The notes beneath the pieces were generated by a model. The model was not told the DNA's origin. It searched no databases and saw only the letters and a program-made list of their open reading frames with translations. A stretch of 64,000 nucleotides of DNA from assembly GCA_951406725.2 (NCBI GenBank), contig OX597839.1:16058001-16122000 (forward strand), written 5' to 3'. Source of the DNA: Octopus vulgaris (Eukaryota). Below, piece by piece: positions 21,671-35,185 of this stretch (its first letter is position 1; every line of letters starts with the position of its first letter). A program made the translations under genes and the position numbers.

Positions 21671-22597
21671 AAATACATACACACATATGTGTGTATGTAT
21701 ATCAGCAAATATGTGCATGTCTACTAAACTTATTAATTCACATGCACCCATACTACTCAGCTAATACCTTTTTTTCATTCCCAATGAGTCACGTAGCATT
21801 TGGTGCTCATCACCAGATTCTATAACATTTAAAAGATGCTAGATAAATCTCCTGGATAAGAAGCAGCTGATTCAACGGTAGCTTTTTCATATGAGGAACT
21901 GAAACTTAGTACTGCAACTTAACAAATCATTTATCAAACCTGTGAATTGTTCTTACCCTGAGCTACCTAATTAAAATCAAATTAACTGAGAATTAAATTT
22001 CAAGGTCACATACATTACCCTTAGCCAAGGACATGATATGAACCATGATATGAATCAGATGGTTACTTGTTATTCTATCCGCCTGGCTGTTTATTTTACT
22101 TCTTACATTATCTCTTACTCTCTATTTACAGACTTCTAAAATTCAATTCATATTTATACATCCATTTGTCTGTCCTCTTAATTACCACCTCACTTGTCTC
22201 TGATTACACATAGATACAAAAGGTACAAGATAGAAAAATAGTATTAAATTATTCAGTTATAATATCCTTACATTTGTTTCAGTGGCAGTTACACAATGAT
22301 TACATAAGATTAACCATCTGCAGATACCACCTCTTCAGTAGTTTTACAAAAAAACTTATCAAGCATCTGTTCCTGAGTATAATGGAACCTATGGAGTTCT
22401 GTCACAATAGTTAAAAGTCACACATTTTAAAACTTACTCTATAAACACACATATATATCCATAACATATATACGGAAAAAAAAAAATTAACAAAATAAGA
22501 AAACAAAAAAGAGGAAAATGAAAATCATTTTGTTCCTATTTTATGGAGATTTAACATGTTTCAGCTGCAATAATTATTGATTTTAATCATTTATAAA

Positions 22598-23604
22598 ATG
22601 CGTTTTGTGAATTCTTCAAATAACTTATCGGTTCCCCATCGAAATGATTATCCTGCAAGAACCACCCATTACCCCTCATCTCCAGAGAGCCACTGGAATA
22701 ATGATAACAGCAGTAGCAGTAACATCACCTCACTTGACTTCTACTGGGAACACAGATTTGCTGTTATTATCAATCTTTATATGCCACCTATTTTGATCGT
22801 TCTCGGGAGTATCTGTAACTGTCTGGTTGTCAAAGTAATGGTTGGGCGTTGGTTCTCATCTGTTTCAACATCGGTCTACCTGATAGCTGGGACAATAGCT
22901 GACACAGCAAGCCTGTTAATAGTATTGCCAGCTCATTGGTTTTATGTGAATTTTCCTGCTTCAATTCACAGGTCTGAAGATTCTCATTTCATGTGTAAGT
23001 TCTTCAATTTTTTTGGATGGGGTGGCAGTGACTATGCTATTATTCTCACTGTTGCTATGACAGTCGATAAGGCAATTGCTATTCTATTTCCGATGAAAGC
23101 CCAAACATTATGTACAACAAAACGTGCAAAAAGAGTTATATTCGTGCTTGTTTGGATTATCATTCTCAAAGAGAGCCACTTCTTGTTCACCTCGAACATT
23201 GTTCCGCTGGGTCGCACAGAACAGCTGTGTACTGTTGACATTCCAAACGAGACCTACCGTATCTTCTACGAGAAACTGTGGCCCACCATTCACAATTTTT
23301 TCCTTTTCCTATCCTTCACTATTATCATCATCAGCAACATCATTATCATCAGTAAGATCAAAAAGTCACGGGATTTCAAAAAGTTCTCCGACTCAATGCG
23401 AATATCTCAATCTGCGGATCGAACCAAGGGCCCACAAATCACTATCATGTTGCTTATAGAATCCTTCACCCTTGTCATACTCACACTACCATTTTCTTTA
23501 TATGTCACCGTTCTTAACACAGAACTAAAGCAGCACGACCTTCACATGAAATCCATCCACCAGCTTGTCTTTGCCATTGTTTTCTATCTCCTCTACGTTA
23601 ACAG
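22598..23604 (+). CDS. Rhodopsin-class (class A) GPCR, FMRFamide/sex-peptide-receptor-like, coding exon 1 (TM1 to start of TM7)
   Basis: N-terminus with N-glycosylation sequons, hydrophobic TM segments, GSICN (TM1), IAD (TM2), ECL1 CKFF, AMTVDKAIAI..P (TM3), CT.KRA; ends ag|gtaagt. Confidence 0.92.
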
Positions 23605-25545
23605 GTAAGTAACTTTTCCATATGTGTACACACACGCACACACATATCCATCAGGGCCATATATTCCAGGTGTGCTAGGTGTGCGCTGCACACCCATCAA
23701 AAATGGCAAATTCATTATAAATATTAATCTTACTCGTTAATTTAATCAGAAATCATAATAGAAAACTTTTGTAATATCCTTGCTTGAAATTGGGTGGCAT
23801 TGGGTGTGGCAGCACACCCTATATAACAACCACCATATACCACTGGTATTCATGCACATACATTGTCATCAATCCCTGGACATTGCTGTCTCAAGTCCTA
23901 GGACACTTAGGGTCAGTTATCTGGTTTCTATGGCAATGGGGAAATGACAAGGGACCGGTGGAGAGGTGGTGATTTGCTGTACTTGATAAGATGCCTCAGT
24001 CTAAGTAAAATCGCTGTCTTCCACACATACAAGTGCTTTTTCAGGTGCTGGGGCCACTTAAAAAGCACCCATACTAGTGCTGCATTAACACACCCATGCT
24101 GGTGGCACATAAAAAGTACCCAGCATACTCTGTTAAGTGGTTGGCATTAGGAAAGGCATCCAGCTGTAGAAACCATGCCACAACAAACAGTTGGAGTCTG
24201 GACAGCTCCACGTCAAACCATCAAACCCATGTCAGCATGGAAAGTGGACATCAAACAATGATAAGTAGTGATCAAAATCACAACATTCCCCTGGCTGGGA
24301 TGCTAGTCATTGCAGAACATACATATATATTTTAAGCTGATTAATCACACATCAATTCCACAGTGCTTCCACAGCTTATAAGAAAAAAATAATGACTTTG
24401 GCAGTTTTGAAGTGAATATTCAGTTGTTTAGTCAATTGAATTATGTATTCTTTAAATTAAGCATATAAGTGGTTGAGTATTCCAAAGACAGATGTACCTT
24501 AATATAATTCTCAAGTACAGCTTGTGATTAAGCTGGATCTCTGAATTACAAGAAGAATCCAGCTGATAGGTTTCTTCATAGTTTCTGCCTCCCATTTCAC
24601 TGTCTGAGGTTATAGTAAAAGGACACTTGCTCCAAATGCTATGCAGAGAGATTGAACTCATGGGCACATGATTGTGAAGCAAACTCCCTTAACCATTCTG
24701 CCATGCTACTTTTGCCACTTATAGCACGGAGTTATATCACCCAGCTGCACTTATCTACAAGTAGTTTGGATTCCAATATATTGTTTTGGATATGGACATG
24801 TGTTGCCAGTGGTAGGATATGAACCATCAACTTCTTGCTTTCTTCACCTGTACCGTAGCCACCCGACTACTTCACATTCATGCACATAAAAACTTATACC
24901 TGAAGAAAAAAAGCTCCACACACAATATACTGTTTGTTGTTGGTATATAAGACTCCCCACAACATCAAACCAGGTCCTACGTGCTAAGATGGGCCTTTAC
25001 CCCACACCTGAGCAAAAAAAAAAAAACTAGTTGCATATACAGCTCAACAGTTATGATTGCAGACAAACTAATGGACACAATTGGCAGCATCTTTTTCTAC
25101 ATGTGTTGTTCATTACCACTTCACTGAGAATCTGGCAGAGATGACTTTAACCCAGCCCCACCATAACAGGAATATGATGTGACAGGGTTAAAACGGGTTT
25201 AGTATGTCAAGAAAAGAGACAACTCAAGACTGTCCTTTCTCATCAGTTCTACATCAAGCAGTAGATTTATAAACTGTTTAGTGCCTCAGAGAGCAGATAA
25301 ACACACCTAACATTGTCTTTTTCATAGTAACAACTACATAAAATTCAGTGTCTAGAGGGGAGTGTATAGTTACCTTTCATTAACAACTCTTAAACCAAAC
25401 AGAACAGGTTATCTTAACACATTAACCATCACATGTACCACAAATGGTTCACTGCAAACTATACACAACTGCCATATGTACCACTGGTGGTACATTTTCA
25501 TAATTTGAGAAAAAAACCCTGATTTTGTATCTTTTTTCTAAACAG

Positions 25546-25723
25546 GTGCCTCAACTTCTGCATGTACTGTTTGACTGGTTCCCGTTTCAGAGGTGCGTTT
25601 CTTGAAGCAATCGGGTGTCGAAAGCTGGCCAAGAAACACTCAACAAGAATTAAATTAACTGCCACTCCAGCCTCCTCATGTGAACCAATAGTGAGCGTAG
25701 TCTCCAAGTCATCTCTCTACTAA
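25546..25723 (+). CDS. GPCR coding exon 2 (end of TM7, helix 8, C-tail)
   Basis: cttttttctaaacag acceptor; in phase gives RCLNFCMYCLTGSRFRGAF...SSLY*; NFxxY plus G..FR helix 8; total 394 aa. Confidence 0.9.
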
Positions 25724-26610
25724 CACAACAGAGAACACATTTGTTTTTTTTGTGTTTATTGTTTGTGTTGGTTTGGGTTAAGACTCTGGACTACTGATTT
25801 TATAGTCGCAAGTTCAAATCTTACCAGTTACTACTACTAACTGAATGTGTAATCCCAGACTGAAATGTTTAAAAGACGGACAGGATGGTCATGACTGGCA
25901 TGTTCTTGATCATAAATAAACAACAGCAAGAGCAACCATGACTTGTAAGTGGACATCCATTATGCTAGAAGATCCGCTATGGTCATACCACTAAGAAAGG
26001 AATGTTCTCAAGTAAATTTAGCAAACACCAGAACAGGCCTTCGGGCTAAAATATTTTTAAGGATTTATATATATATATATACACACACACATATCTCATA
26101 TATATACACACACACACATCTCATTTCGTCTGACTGCAACGGATTAATATAGAGCTCCATGAAGAGTATAATCATCCAGATACACACATTCCTGCCAGTA
26201 GTTCTTAACTTGGATGGTAGCAAATGTCAAGGGCTGCTATAAGGGACAGACATTAAAAAGAGGTATGATATGGTTTAGAAATAAAATATTTAACTCGTTA
26301 TCATATTTCTGTTGATATATGCCGTGTTTGTTTCAGTTAATTTTTGGAATAATTGTCTTTTATCATTTCCTTGTTTCAGTCATTAGACTGCGGTCATGCT
26401 GGAGTACCACCTTGAAGGATTTCTACTTGAATGATTCAACCCCAGTACATATATATATATATATTTTTTTAAAACCTGGTATTTATTCCATTGGTCTCTT
26501 TTGCACAAAACTCTAAGTTATGGAGACGTAAACACACCAACACTGGTTGCTAAGTGGTAATGGGAGACAAACACACACACCAACATTGGTTGCTAAGTGG
26601 TGGTGGGAGA

Positions 26611-26785
26611 CAAGCTGCCGGACGAGATAGTGAAGATGCTGAAGACCGCTCGGTTCAAAGTCTCTCTTGACCAGAAATGGCCTGAACTCTTTGCATGAAC
26701 ACCTTCCCTGTACATAACTCCATGCCCCCCTACATGGCCTTGCTTTTTTGCTTTTCGAGCCAAAAACTTAACTTAACTTAACTTA
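26611..26785 (+). mobile_element. CR1-like LINE 3' end
   Basis: KLPDEIV...FKVSLDQKW* ORF2 terminus; (TAACT)n tail. Confidence 0.7.
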
Positions 26786-27039
26786 AAACACACACACACA
26801 CACACACCAACATTGGTTGCTAAGTGGTGGTGGGAGAAACATACACACAAACATATAATGAAGTTAATCAACTTTCCTGTAATTAAACTGGTGTCTGGAA
26901 CAAATTAACACGAGATCTTGATGGAAGACTATAATTCAAATCACTAAAGAAAGTAGATTTGTGTCATAGAAACGGAGGGTGGGGCGGCCTCAGGTGAGCT
27001 GGTATCAAAAAGATCCATCCAGGTACAATATTTGTGTTT

Positions 27040-27428
27040 TAACCCTTTAGGATTCAAGATTCCTTTGTCAAATGCAATGCCTATTTATTCACATTGTTTT
27101 AAGTCAATCACGGATCACCTTGTAGCTTTGTCATTTCAATGATGACACTTCAGTTTTAGAATGAAATTGTAGGGTAGGCATTTAAGGCTGAACCTGGATG
27201 GTTTGAACATAAAACATGGACAATATTTGGGTCCCAGACATGGATAGTTTAACCCTTTAGCATCCAGATTATTCTCTCAAAGATAAAGCTTATTTATTCA
27301 CATTGTTTTGAGTTAATCATGCATTATCTCATAGCTTCAAAATTTTGATAATGTGATTATTTTTAGAACGATATTGTAAGGTAGGTGTGGAAGGCTGGAC
27401 CTGGTTGGTTTGAAAGCTGAAGGGTTAA
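27040..27428. mobile_element. TTAA-type MITE pair (family also at ~34050-34265, 41471-41695, 41777-42340, 54948-55170)
   Basis: ttaaccctt...aagggttaa ends; shared internal sequence among copies. Confidence 0.6.
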
Positions 27429-28280
27429 ACATGTTTTTCAATAAAATCTTTGTCACAATTAGAATATGAAGTAGAATAATGTGTTATCAGTGAAAAGAAA
27501 TTTGACTGGATATAAAAAATATTCACTTTTATTTCAATAGATTATAAATATTGCGTAATTGAAACAAAAAAAAAAAAGAGATTTATTTTTTTTGACATGA
27601 TATAATGATTGCAAAGTTAAGGTATATTAGAACTAATGAAAATATGGTTGAAAATCTGAATGTTGTCATGCAAACCATTGTGGTCTGCTTACATGGAACA
27701 ACAACAAAAACACATCTGGCAGTGAAAAAGTTTTGATGGTTGACTAGTTGAACAAAGTAAACAAAACAAAAAAACAAACAAAAACAAAAAACAAACATGT
27801 ATGCCAGCAAGAAAAATGATGAAAATGTTAAAGTAAACAAAAAAAAACAAAAAACATAATTCAAAGTAGAAGTGAACATTGAACAGTTATTTAGAATGAG
27901 TGAATATTGAACTCAAATTTTTCCACTTAAATCACACATGTACTCACTCAGAAGCAATGTCATTGGTTTTAGTCCCTTGAGCCACAAGGCTGATGTCTTC
28001 TACCATTTACCAGAGAAACACAATTCTGAGTCATTTCAGATTTGTCGTCCCAGAAATATTCAAAGTTAAGGGCATTTAGCATTGTTAAATAATAAAAGGC
28101 TTTTGCATGCAATCTGGTGGATGTAGATTCAGCTGGCCACAGAAAAAATAGAAATGTAGACATACACCTACACACACACACACACACACACACAAAGATG
28201 ATCATTTGTGCACAGACATATACACACATGCTCTCCTCACTCATATATACTCAATGGCTTCACCATACATAACACACATG

Positions 28281-28311
<31 letters not shown>

Positions 28312-28398
28312 AGACACACACACACACATATATACAGGCACACACACATATACAGGCACACACACACACATATATACAGGCACACACACATATACAGG

Positions 28399-28430
<32 letters not shown>

Positions 28431-28562
28431 CACACAGACACAAACACTCAAATGTGTTCCAACAACTCATACATAGAAATTTTATATGCACACACACAGA
28501 ACTATATATGCAGACACACACACACACACACATACATATGCATATACACACACACAGATATA

Positions 28563-28782
28563 TATGAGGTGGTATCAAAAAGTTCCTGAAATCGCACTTG
28601 CTTCAGTTTTTGGCTGATAAGGACCAGAAGTTCTATGAGTGTAGAATCGAAGTCGCTAGAAAGATGGCAAAAGGTCATCAAGCAAAATGGAAAATATATA
28701 ATTTATTAAGGTTCATTCTTTGTATGAAAAAAAAAATTACTTCTATTTCACACTAAAAAACCAAAATTACTAATTGCCAATA
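28563..28782 (+). mobile_element. mariner remnant
   Basis: ta-gaggtggtatcaaaaagttcc TIR-like start; RWQKVIKQNGKY C-terminal peptide. Confidence 0.55.
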
Positions 28783-28794
28783 CATACATAATAC

Positions 28795-29185
28795 ACACAC
28801 ACGTACGTACATCCATACATGCATATACACACACACACACATGTACATACATCCATACATGCATACACACACACAATGTACATACATCCATACATGCATA
28901 CACACACACAATGTATATACATCCATACACGCATACACACACACACAATGTACATACATCCATACATATATACACACACACACATGTACATACATCCATA
29001 TATATACACACACACACACACATGTACATACATCCATATATATACACACACACATGTACATACATCCATACATGCATATACACACACATACATGTACATA
29101 CATCCATACATGCATAAACACACACATGTACATACATCCATACATGCATATACACACACCCACCCACACATTTATACATGTACAT
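28795..29185. repeat. Minisatellite in NCAPD2 3' region
   Basis: atgtacatacatccatacatgcatatacacacac units. Confidence 0.9.
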
Positions 29186-29340
29186 ACAATTATATACATG
29201 AACTAATGCTGCCTCAGACATCTCTCTGCCTAACCCATACTAGTGTGGGGAAAACAGACATTAAATAAGCAGAGAGAGAGAGAGAGATAGAGAGAGAATG
29301 TGAGAACAGTGTGAACATCAACAACAGTGAGTTGTGTAAA

Positions 29341-29450
29341 TTAGTTGATCGGTGTGAGGGCTCGTTTCCTGGCTGATCTTGTTCTTTTGATGGGTGTTTT
29401 AGAAGATGGAATGAAATCATCGCTGTCGTCTGAGGGTGGATTCTCTTCAT
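29341..29450 (-). CDS. NCAPD2: NCAPD2 terminal coding exon
   Basis: DEENPPSDDSDDFIPSSKTPIKRTRSARKRALTPIN*; acidic then basic tail as in CAP-D2; ctttcag acceptor. Confidence 0.85.
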
Positions 29451-29671
29451 CTGAAAGACAAAGACAAACATGAATAACCAAACTAAATAAACAGGAGTGC
29501 GTAGGAGTGGCTGTGTGGCAAGTAGGTTGCTTACCAGCCACATGGATCCGGGTTCAGTCCCACTGCGTGGCACCTTGGGCAAGTGTCTTCTATTATAGCC
29601 TCGGGCCGACCAAAGCCTTTGAGTGGATTTGGTAGACGGAAACTGAAAGAAGCCCGTTGTTTATATGGATA

Positions 29672-29716
<45 letters not shown>

Positions 29717-30944
29717 TGTGTGTATATTTGTGTGTCTGTCCTCCCAACATTGCATAACAACAGATGCTGGTGTGTTTACGTCCCTGTAACTTAGTGGTTC
29801 GGCAAAAGACACCGATAGAATAAGTACTAGGCTTACAAAGAAAAAGTCCTAGGGTCGATTTGCTTGAGTAAAGGCGGTGCTCCAGCATGACCGCAGTCAA
29901 ATGAATGAAACAAGTAAAAGAGTTCAACTAAGTAGTAAGACAACCAATGGATTGGTGGGATCAGAGTGGTGTATGAAATGTCATGTGCTTATGTTCTGAG
30001 TTCAAATTTCAGAAGGATTGATAAAAAATGAATGCCAGTCATATCAGGGAGAGGCAGGAGGTGGTTTCTCCTCTCTCAGCTGAGAGGTCTTTGACTTGCA
30101 AGTGTTGGTGTCACGTAAAAAGCACCCAGCACACTCTCCAAAGTGTTTGGCATTAAGAAGGCCATCCAGCCATAGAAACCATGCTGAAACAGACAATTGG
30201 AGCCCGGACAGGCCTCCAGTGGGTCAGCTCCTGTCAAACCATCCAACCCATGCCAGCATGGAAAACAGACTTTGGAGGAGGATGATGATGATGATGATGA
30301 TGATAGTGAGTGGTCTTGTGCTAAGGTGGAAATTAATACTTTTAGAAGCAGCAGCAGCAACAATCAAAGCACGTATCAAATTGTTGACCATACCCTGACA
30401 TTATATTTGCCTTTTTTTATATGATTTTCTATCAAACAAAGCTTGAGGCTACTGTGATGTAAAAGTGTCAGACTGGTTGTGTGGCGAGAAGTTCGCTTCC
30501 CAACTACATGGTTCTGGGTTCAGTCCCACTGCGAGGCCCCTGGGGCAAGTGTCTTCTGCAATAGCCCTGGACTGATCAAAGCCTTGTAAGTGGATTTGGT
30601 AGATGGAAACTGAAAGAAGCCCATTGTGTGTGTGTGTGTGTGTGTGTGCATGCAGTCTTCTGCTTGGCCAGCTCCTGTCAAACTGTCCAACCCATGTCAG
30701 CATGGAAGGTAGACATTAAACGATAATGATGATGATTGAGTGATAAGTAAATGAATGTCTTTGTCATGCAAACGACATCCTCTTTTCCTAATCTTCCATG
30801 GAAATATGTCTGATCATGGGGAAATATTACCCTACTTGGAAACTTGTAGAGACTATGTGGAGGTTGGTGGCAGGAAGGGCATCTGACTGTAGAAAATCTT
30901 AAACAAGATTCCATCCAACCCATGAGAGCATGGAAAAGTGGATA

Positions 30945-31320
30945 CATACACACACACACGTGGAAACTATGTATGCACAGACACACACAGAGACTATGTA
31001 TTTATACACAAGCACATACACAAAGAGACTATGTATACACACAAAAACCAAAAGACTGTATGTATACACACACACACACACATATACACAAAGAGTATGT
31101 ACGTGTACACACACACACAAAGACTATGAATGCATAAACTTACACACAATATATCTAAACACACACACAAAGAGACTATATGTATACACATACATACACA
31201 CACACAAAGACTGTATCTGTACACATGCACACAGAGAGACTATGTATGCATACACACACACACAAAGAGACTATGTGCATGCACACACACATACAAAGAG
31301 ACCATGTGTGTGTGTATATA
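30945..31320. repeat. Minisatellite
   Basis: agagactatgtat...(ca)n units. Confidence 0.85.
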
Positions 31321-32151
31321 CCCACACTAGGCATTCAGGGTGTGATTTTCTCTGGAAAGGGTGAGCAAAGCAAATGAAATGGATATTGTTTTCCCAACCA
31401 AAGACAATCAGGAAAAAAACAGAAGCATCTCCTAATTGAGAGAATATATCCTTGAAACCAGCCAAATATAAAGACATGTAAATAGAAATAACTAGAATGC
31501 AGGGAGTGAAAGCAAACAATCTTTATAACAATAGGTGCCCTGGGAACCATGATCATTTTGCCAGCTCACCACCATAATAATAATAATAATAATAATAATC
31601 ATCCTTCTTACTATAGGCACAAGGTCTAGATTTTTGTGGAGAGTTGGGTACAGTCGATCACACTGACCCCAGTACTTAACTAGTACTTAATTTATCGACC
31701 TCGAAAAGATGAAAGGTAAAGATGACCTTGGTGGAATTTGAACTCAAAATGTTGTGGCAGATGAAATACCGCTAAGCATTTCGTCTAGTGAGCTAACAAT
31801 TCTGCCAGCTTCCCGCCTTATTGATGATAATACCAATAATAATAGAAGCATAAAGCTAGAAATTTGATTGGAGGGGAACAGTCAATTATATTGACCTCAG
31901 TACTTTACTGGTATTTTATTTTAGTAACTGAAGGACAAAAGGCAAAACTGACTTCAGTGGGATTTGAACTCCAAACCTAAAGAATCCAAACAACTAGCAA
32001 GGCATTTTCTCTGATGCTTCAACTATTCTGAAGGCCAGCAATTTTAAAAGAAATGAAAAGTTGACTATAGTGACCCCCCACCAGCACTTGGCTGTTACTT
32101 TATTTTATTGACCCTGAGAGGATGAAAGGACAGCAAAGTGGACAAACTCAC

Positions 32152-32238
32152 CACTGTCACTTGAAAAATATGAAGCTTTATTCTTCTTCCTTTGTGATTT
32201 TCTTGGAGTAACTCTATGTTCCGATGAGACACCTTTAG
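32152..32238 (-). CDS. NCAPD2: NCAPD2 penultimate exon
   Basis: KGVSSEHRVTPRKSQRKKNKASYFSSDS; cag|...|gtgag; phases 1/1 bridge the neighbouring exons. Confidence 0.82.
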
Positions 32239-33376
32239 CTGAAACAACATGAATAAAATTATTTCTCCACACATTTTATACTGTATTTATGTGTGTATGC
32301 ATGTGTGTGTGCGCGCATGTGTAGGGTGTTGGCTATAAAAATTGCAAGATGGGCTTTTTAATTGTGTCGGGAATCATGAACAACAGAAAAGATAAAACCC
32401 AGCATCCTTGACTCTTTTCTCACCACATTTATGTGGAAATACACTGCCTTTGTGTCAACTGATTGGTGTTAGGAAGGGCATCCAGCCGTAGAAACATTGC
32501 CAGATCAGACTGGGCCTGGTGCAGCCTTCTGGCTTCCCAGACTCCAGTTGAACCGTCCAACCCATGCCAGCATGGAAAGCGGACGCTAAACAATGATGAT
32601 GATGTTGAATATAATGAAGAATCTAGTAAAATAACTGATATTAACATTAACATCTGGAACCAAAATTAACATGAAATTTTGATAGGTTGTATATAAAACC
32701 TATCTAAATTAGAGACTTTAAAACATGGAATTTGTATCATAGATGCAGGAGCAGTCTCAAGTAGGTTGGTATTGTAGTGATGCCACTTTGGGATTTTCAT
32801 CTGCGCATGCGCAAGTATCAGTCTTCTGGAAGCCCCTCATGCGCAGCAGCTAGGCTTGACCACTATTCTCTCTCTTCGGCCCCAGACAGGACGTGACTGA
32901 AACCAGCTCCGTGGAGCTGGCATTCTGACGTCGAGCGACGTTACGAGTCTGTGAAAATGTCTTCGTATTTTGTGTCCAACTACAAATCTCGGCTGCTTCC
33001 ACCCAGGTGTCCACGCTACCAATGTCCAGAGATGAAATGCTTATTTTGGCGAAAATAAATTATTATTGCTATTTGTTTGGAGATTTGTGTTCCTGCTATT
33101 TCTACTTTCTACAACTATGTAAGGAGATGTGATGGCACCCAACAAGTGTGAATATCACATAAAACCCTACAGTATTAAAAAGGTTTATAAATATTTACCG
33201 TATTTGGTGGTATAAAGAGACATCCCAATTTCAGTAGTGTATACTCAAAAAACAAATAGTTTTTAATGCATTAAAGATCCAAAATCGCATATAGGGCCAG
33301 GGATAATTTTTAAAGACATATTTGGTGGGGCTTTGTCAAAAACGTGCATCTTTTATACCATCAAATATAATTACAG

Positions 33377-33588
33377 GTAAGTTCATCATCATCAATTCAT
33401 TGCAGGAGAGTTCACTGCCATCAATTCACCATGAGGAAATTTTTCACTGTGAAGTTTCCTACCTGTTGATTAAACATATTAGAGTTCAAAAATAAGGGTT
33501 TTTTTAAATTCTTTTACGGTGAACTTATCTCTCTTAACTTACTTTGTGGTGAACTTTGCCTGCAATGAATTGATGATGATGAACTTAC
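33377..33588. mobile_element. MITE with 3-bp CAG TSD (PIF/Harbinger-like)
   Basis: ~40-bp TIR GTAAGTTCATCATCATCAATTCATTGCAGG; CAG duplicated at 33374-33376 and 33589-33591. Confidence 0.7.
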
Positions 33589-33631
33589 CAGGCATCATCA
33601 AATATTGTAAGTGACCACACATAAAGCTTAC

Positions 33632-33791
33632 TTTGTTTTGGAGTCTTTAAGCTGACACTAGAGCTTCTCTTTTTGGACTTCGCTGGAGCTTTTGCAGGTG
33701 TCTTAAACACAAAACCCTTCTCTGCAATTGCTTCATCAAGTCCCTTGGTATGGCACTGAGTTATCTGGGCTTCAATCTCATCAATGGTAGT
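33632..33791 (-). CDS. NCAPD2: NCAPD2 exon
   Basis: TTIDEIEAQITQCHTKGLD...KTPKQ; cag|...|gtaag. Confidence 0.9.
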
Positions 33792-33941
33792 CTGAACAAA
33801 TATAAAATTTAAAAAAGAAACCAAAAACACTAGTAAAAAAATTATCAACATAGATGATTGACAAAACTGAGCTGAGTGGATTTCAGAGATAGAAACTAAG
33901 TCCATCAAGTATGTGAGTGCATGCATGCAGGAATGAATGTA

Positions 33942-33998
<57 letters not shown>

Positions 33999-34686
33999 CA
34001 TGTGTTCTAGCACTTATCAGTTATTATGACCATTCTGATGTCCATTGCTCTTAACACTTAAGCATTTAAACTGGCCATATCCGGCCCAAAAGTTCTACCC
34101 ATCTTATGTTCAAACTGACCTCTCACATTTACCCTACAATATTATTCTAAAATTAAACTATCACATAATTAGAATCTTGAAGCTATGAGATAATTCAGGA
34201 TTAATTTGAATCAATGTGAATAAATAAGCATTACATTTGACAGAATAATCTGAACACTAAAGGGTTTATAATAATAATAATAATAATAATAATTCTGCTA
34301 CAGGCACTACACATGAAATTTTGTCAGGGAGGGATTAATTGATTACTTCGACCCCAATGCTTCAAATGGTAATTAGTCTATTGAACCCCAAAGGATGAAG
34401 AGACAAAGTAGACCCTAGAAATATCTGTGTACCAGAAATCGCAATACACAGATACTGTTTTGAGCTGATTAGGGATGCCAGATTCCCTTGTTTGAAAATA
34501 TAAGGACACCAATCATGTCCTATAGCCAGTTGGTGATGATGTCTCCTGGGGCCAAATTACAGCAACATTCGTCCTAAACCAGGACTACCATGTTATGTTG
34601 GCAAACAATCATTACTCTAAAGTACTGTTGCTGAATATCTCTTGTTGTGAGAATTACAAATAGTAATTTTCTGATACCAAACTCAC

Positions 34687-34870
34687 CTTAAATTCTATCT
34701 TACAACGGGTCCTGGCCTTTTTCAGTATAGACAGCATATGTTCATAGAGTTCGTCATTTGCCAGTTTGTCTGAGTAACAGTTGAAGTTATCCTGCAGCTT
34801 ATGAACACATTTCTCATTGAAGGTAAGCAACGACAGACAAAATGCCAAATCATTCCACTGACGCTCCGTC
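34687..34870 (-). CDS. NCAPD2: NCAPD2 exon
   Basis: TERQWNDLAFCLSLLTFNEKCVHKLQDNFNCYSDKL...KIEFK; cag|...|gtgag. Confidence 0.95.
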
Positions 34871-35101
34871 CTGGAAGAAGAGAAAGTGAAAATTATGTGC
34901 GCATGCATACAAATATACTCTCTTTTCTCTACTCTTTTACTTGTATCAGTCATTTGACTGCGGCCATGCTGGAGTACCGCCTTTAATCGAGCAACTCGAC
35001 CCCGGGACTTATTCTTTTGCCGAACTGCTAAGTAACGGGGACATAAACACACCAGCATCGGTTGTCAAGCAATTCTAGGGGGACAAACACAGACACACAC
35101 A

Positions 35102-35185
<84 letters not shown>

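Noticed and set aside
32216-32250. HHR-like string atgtt-CCGATGA-gac...GAAAc-aacat
   Set aside because: No stem III or cleavage triplet; it is the antisense of an NCAPD2 exon and its acceptor
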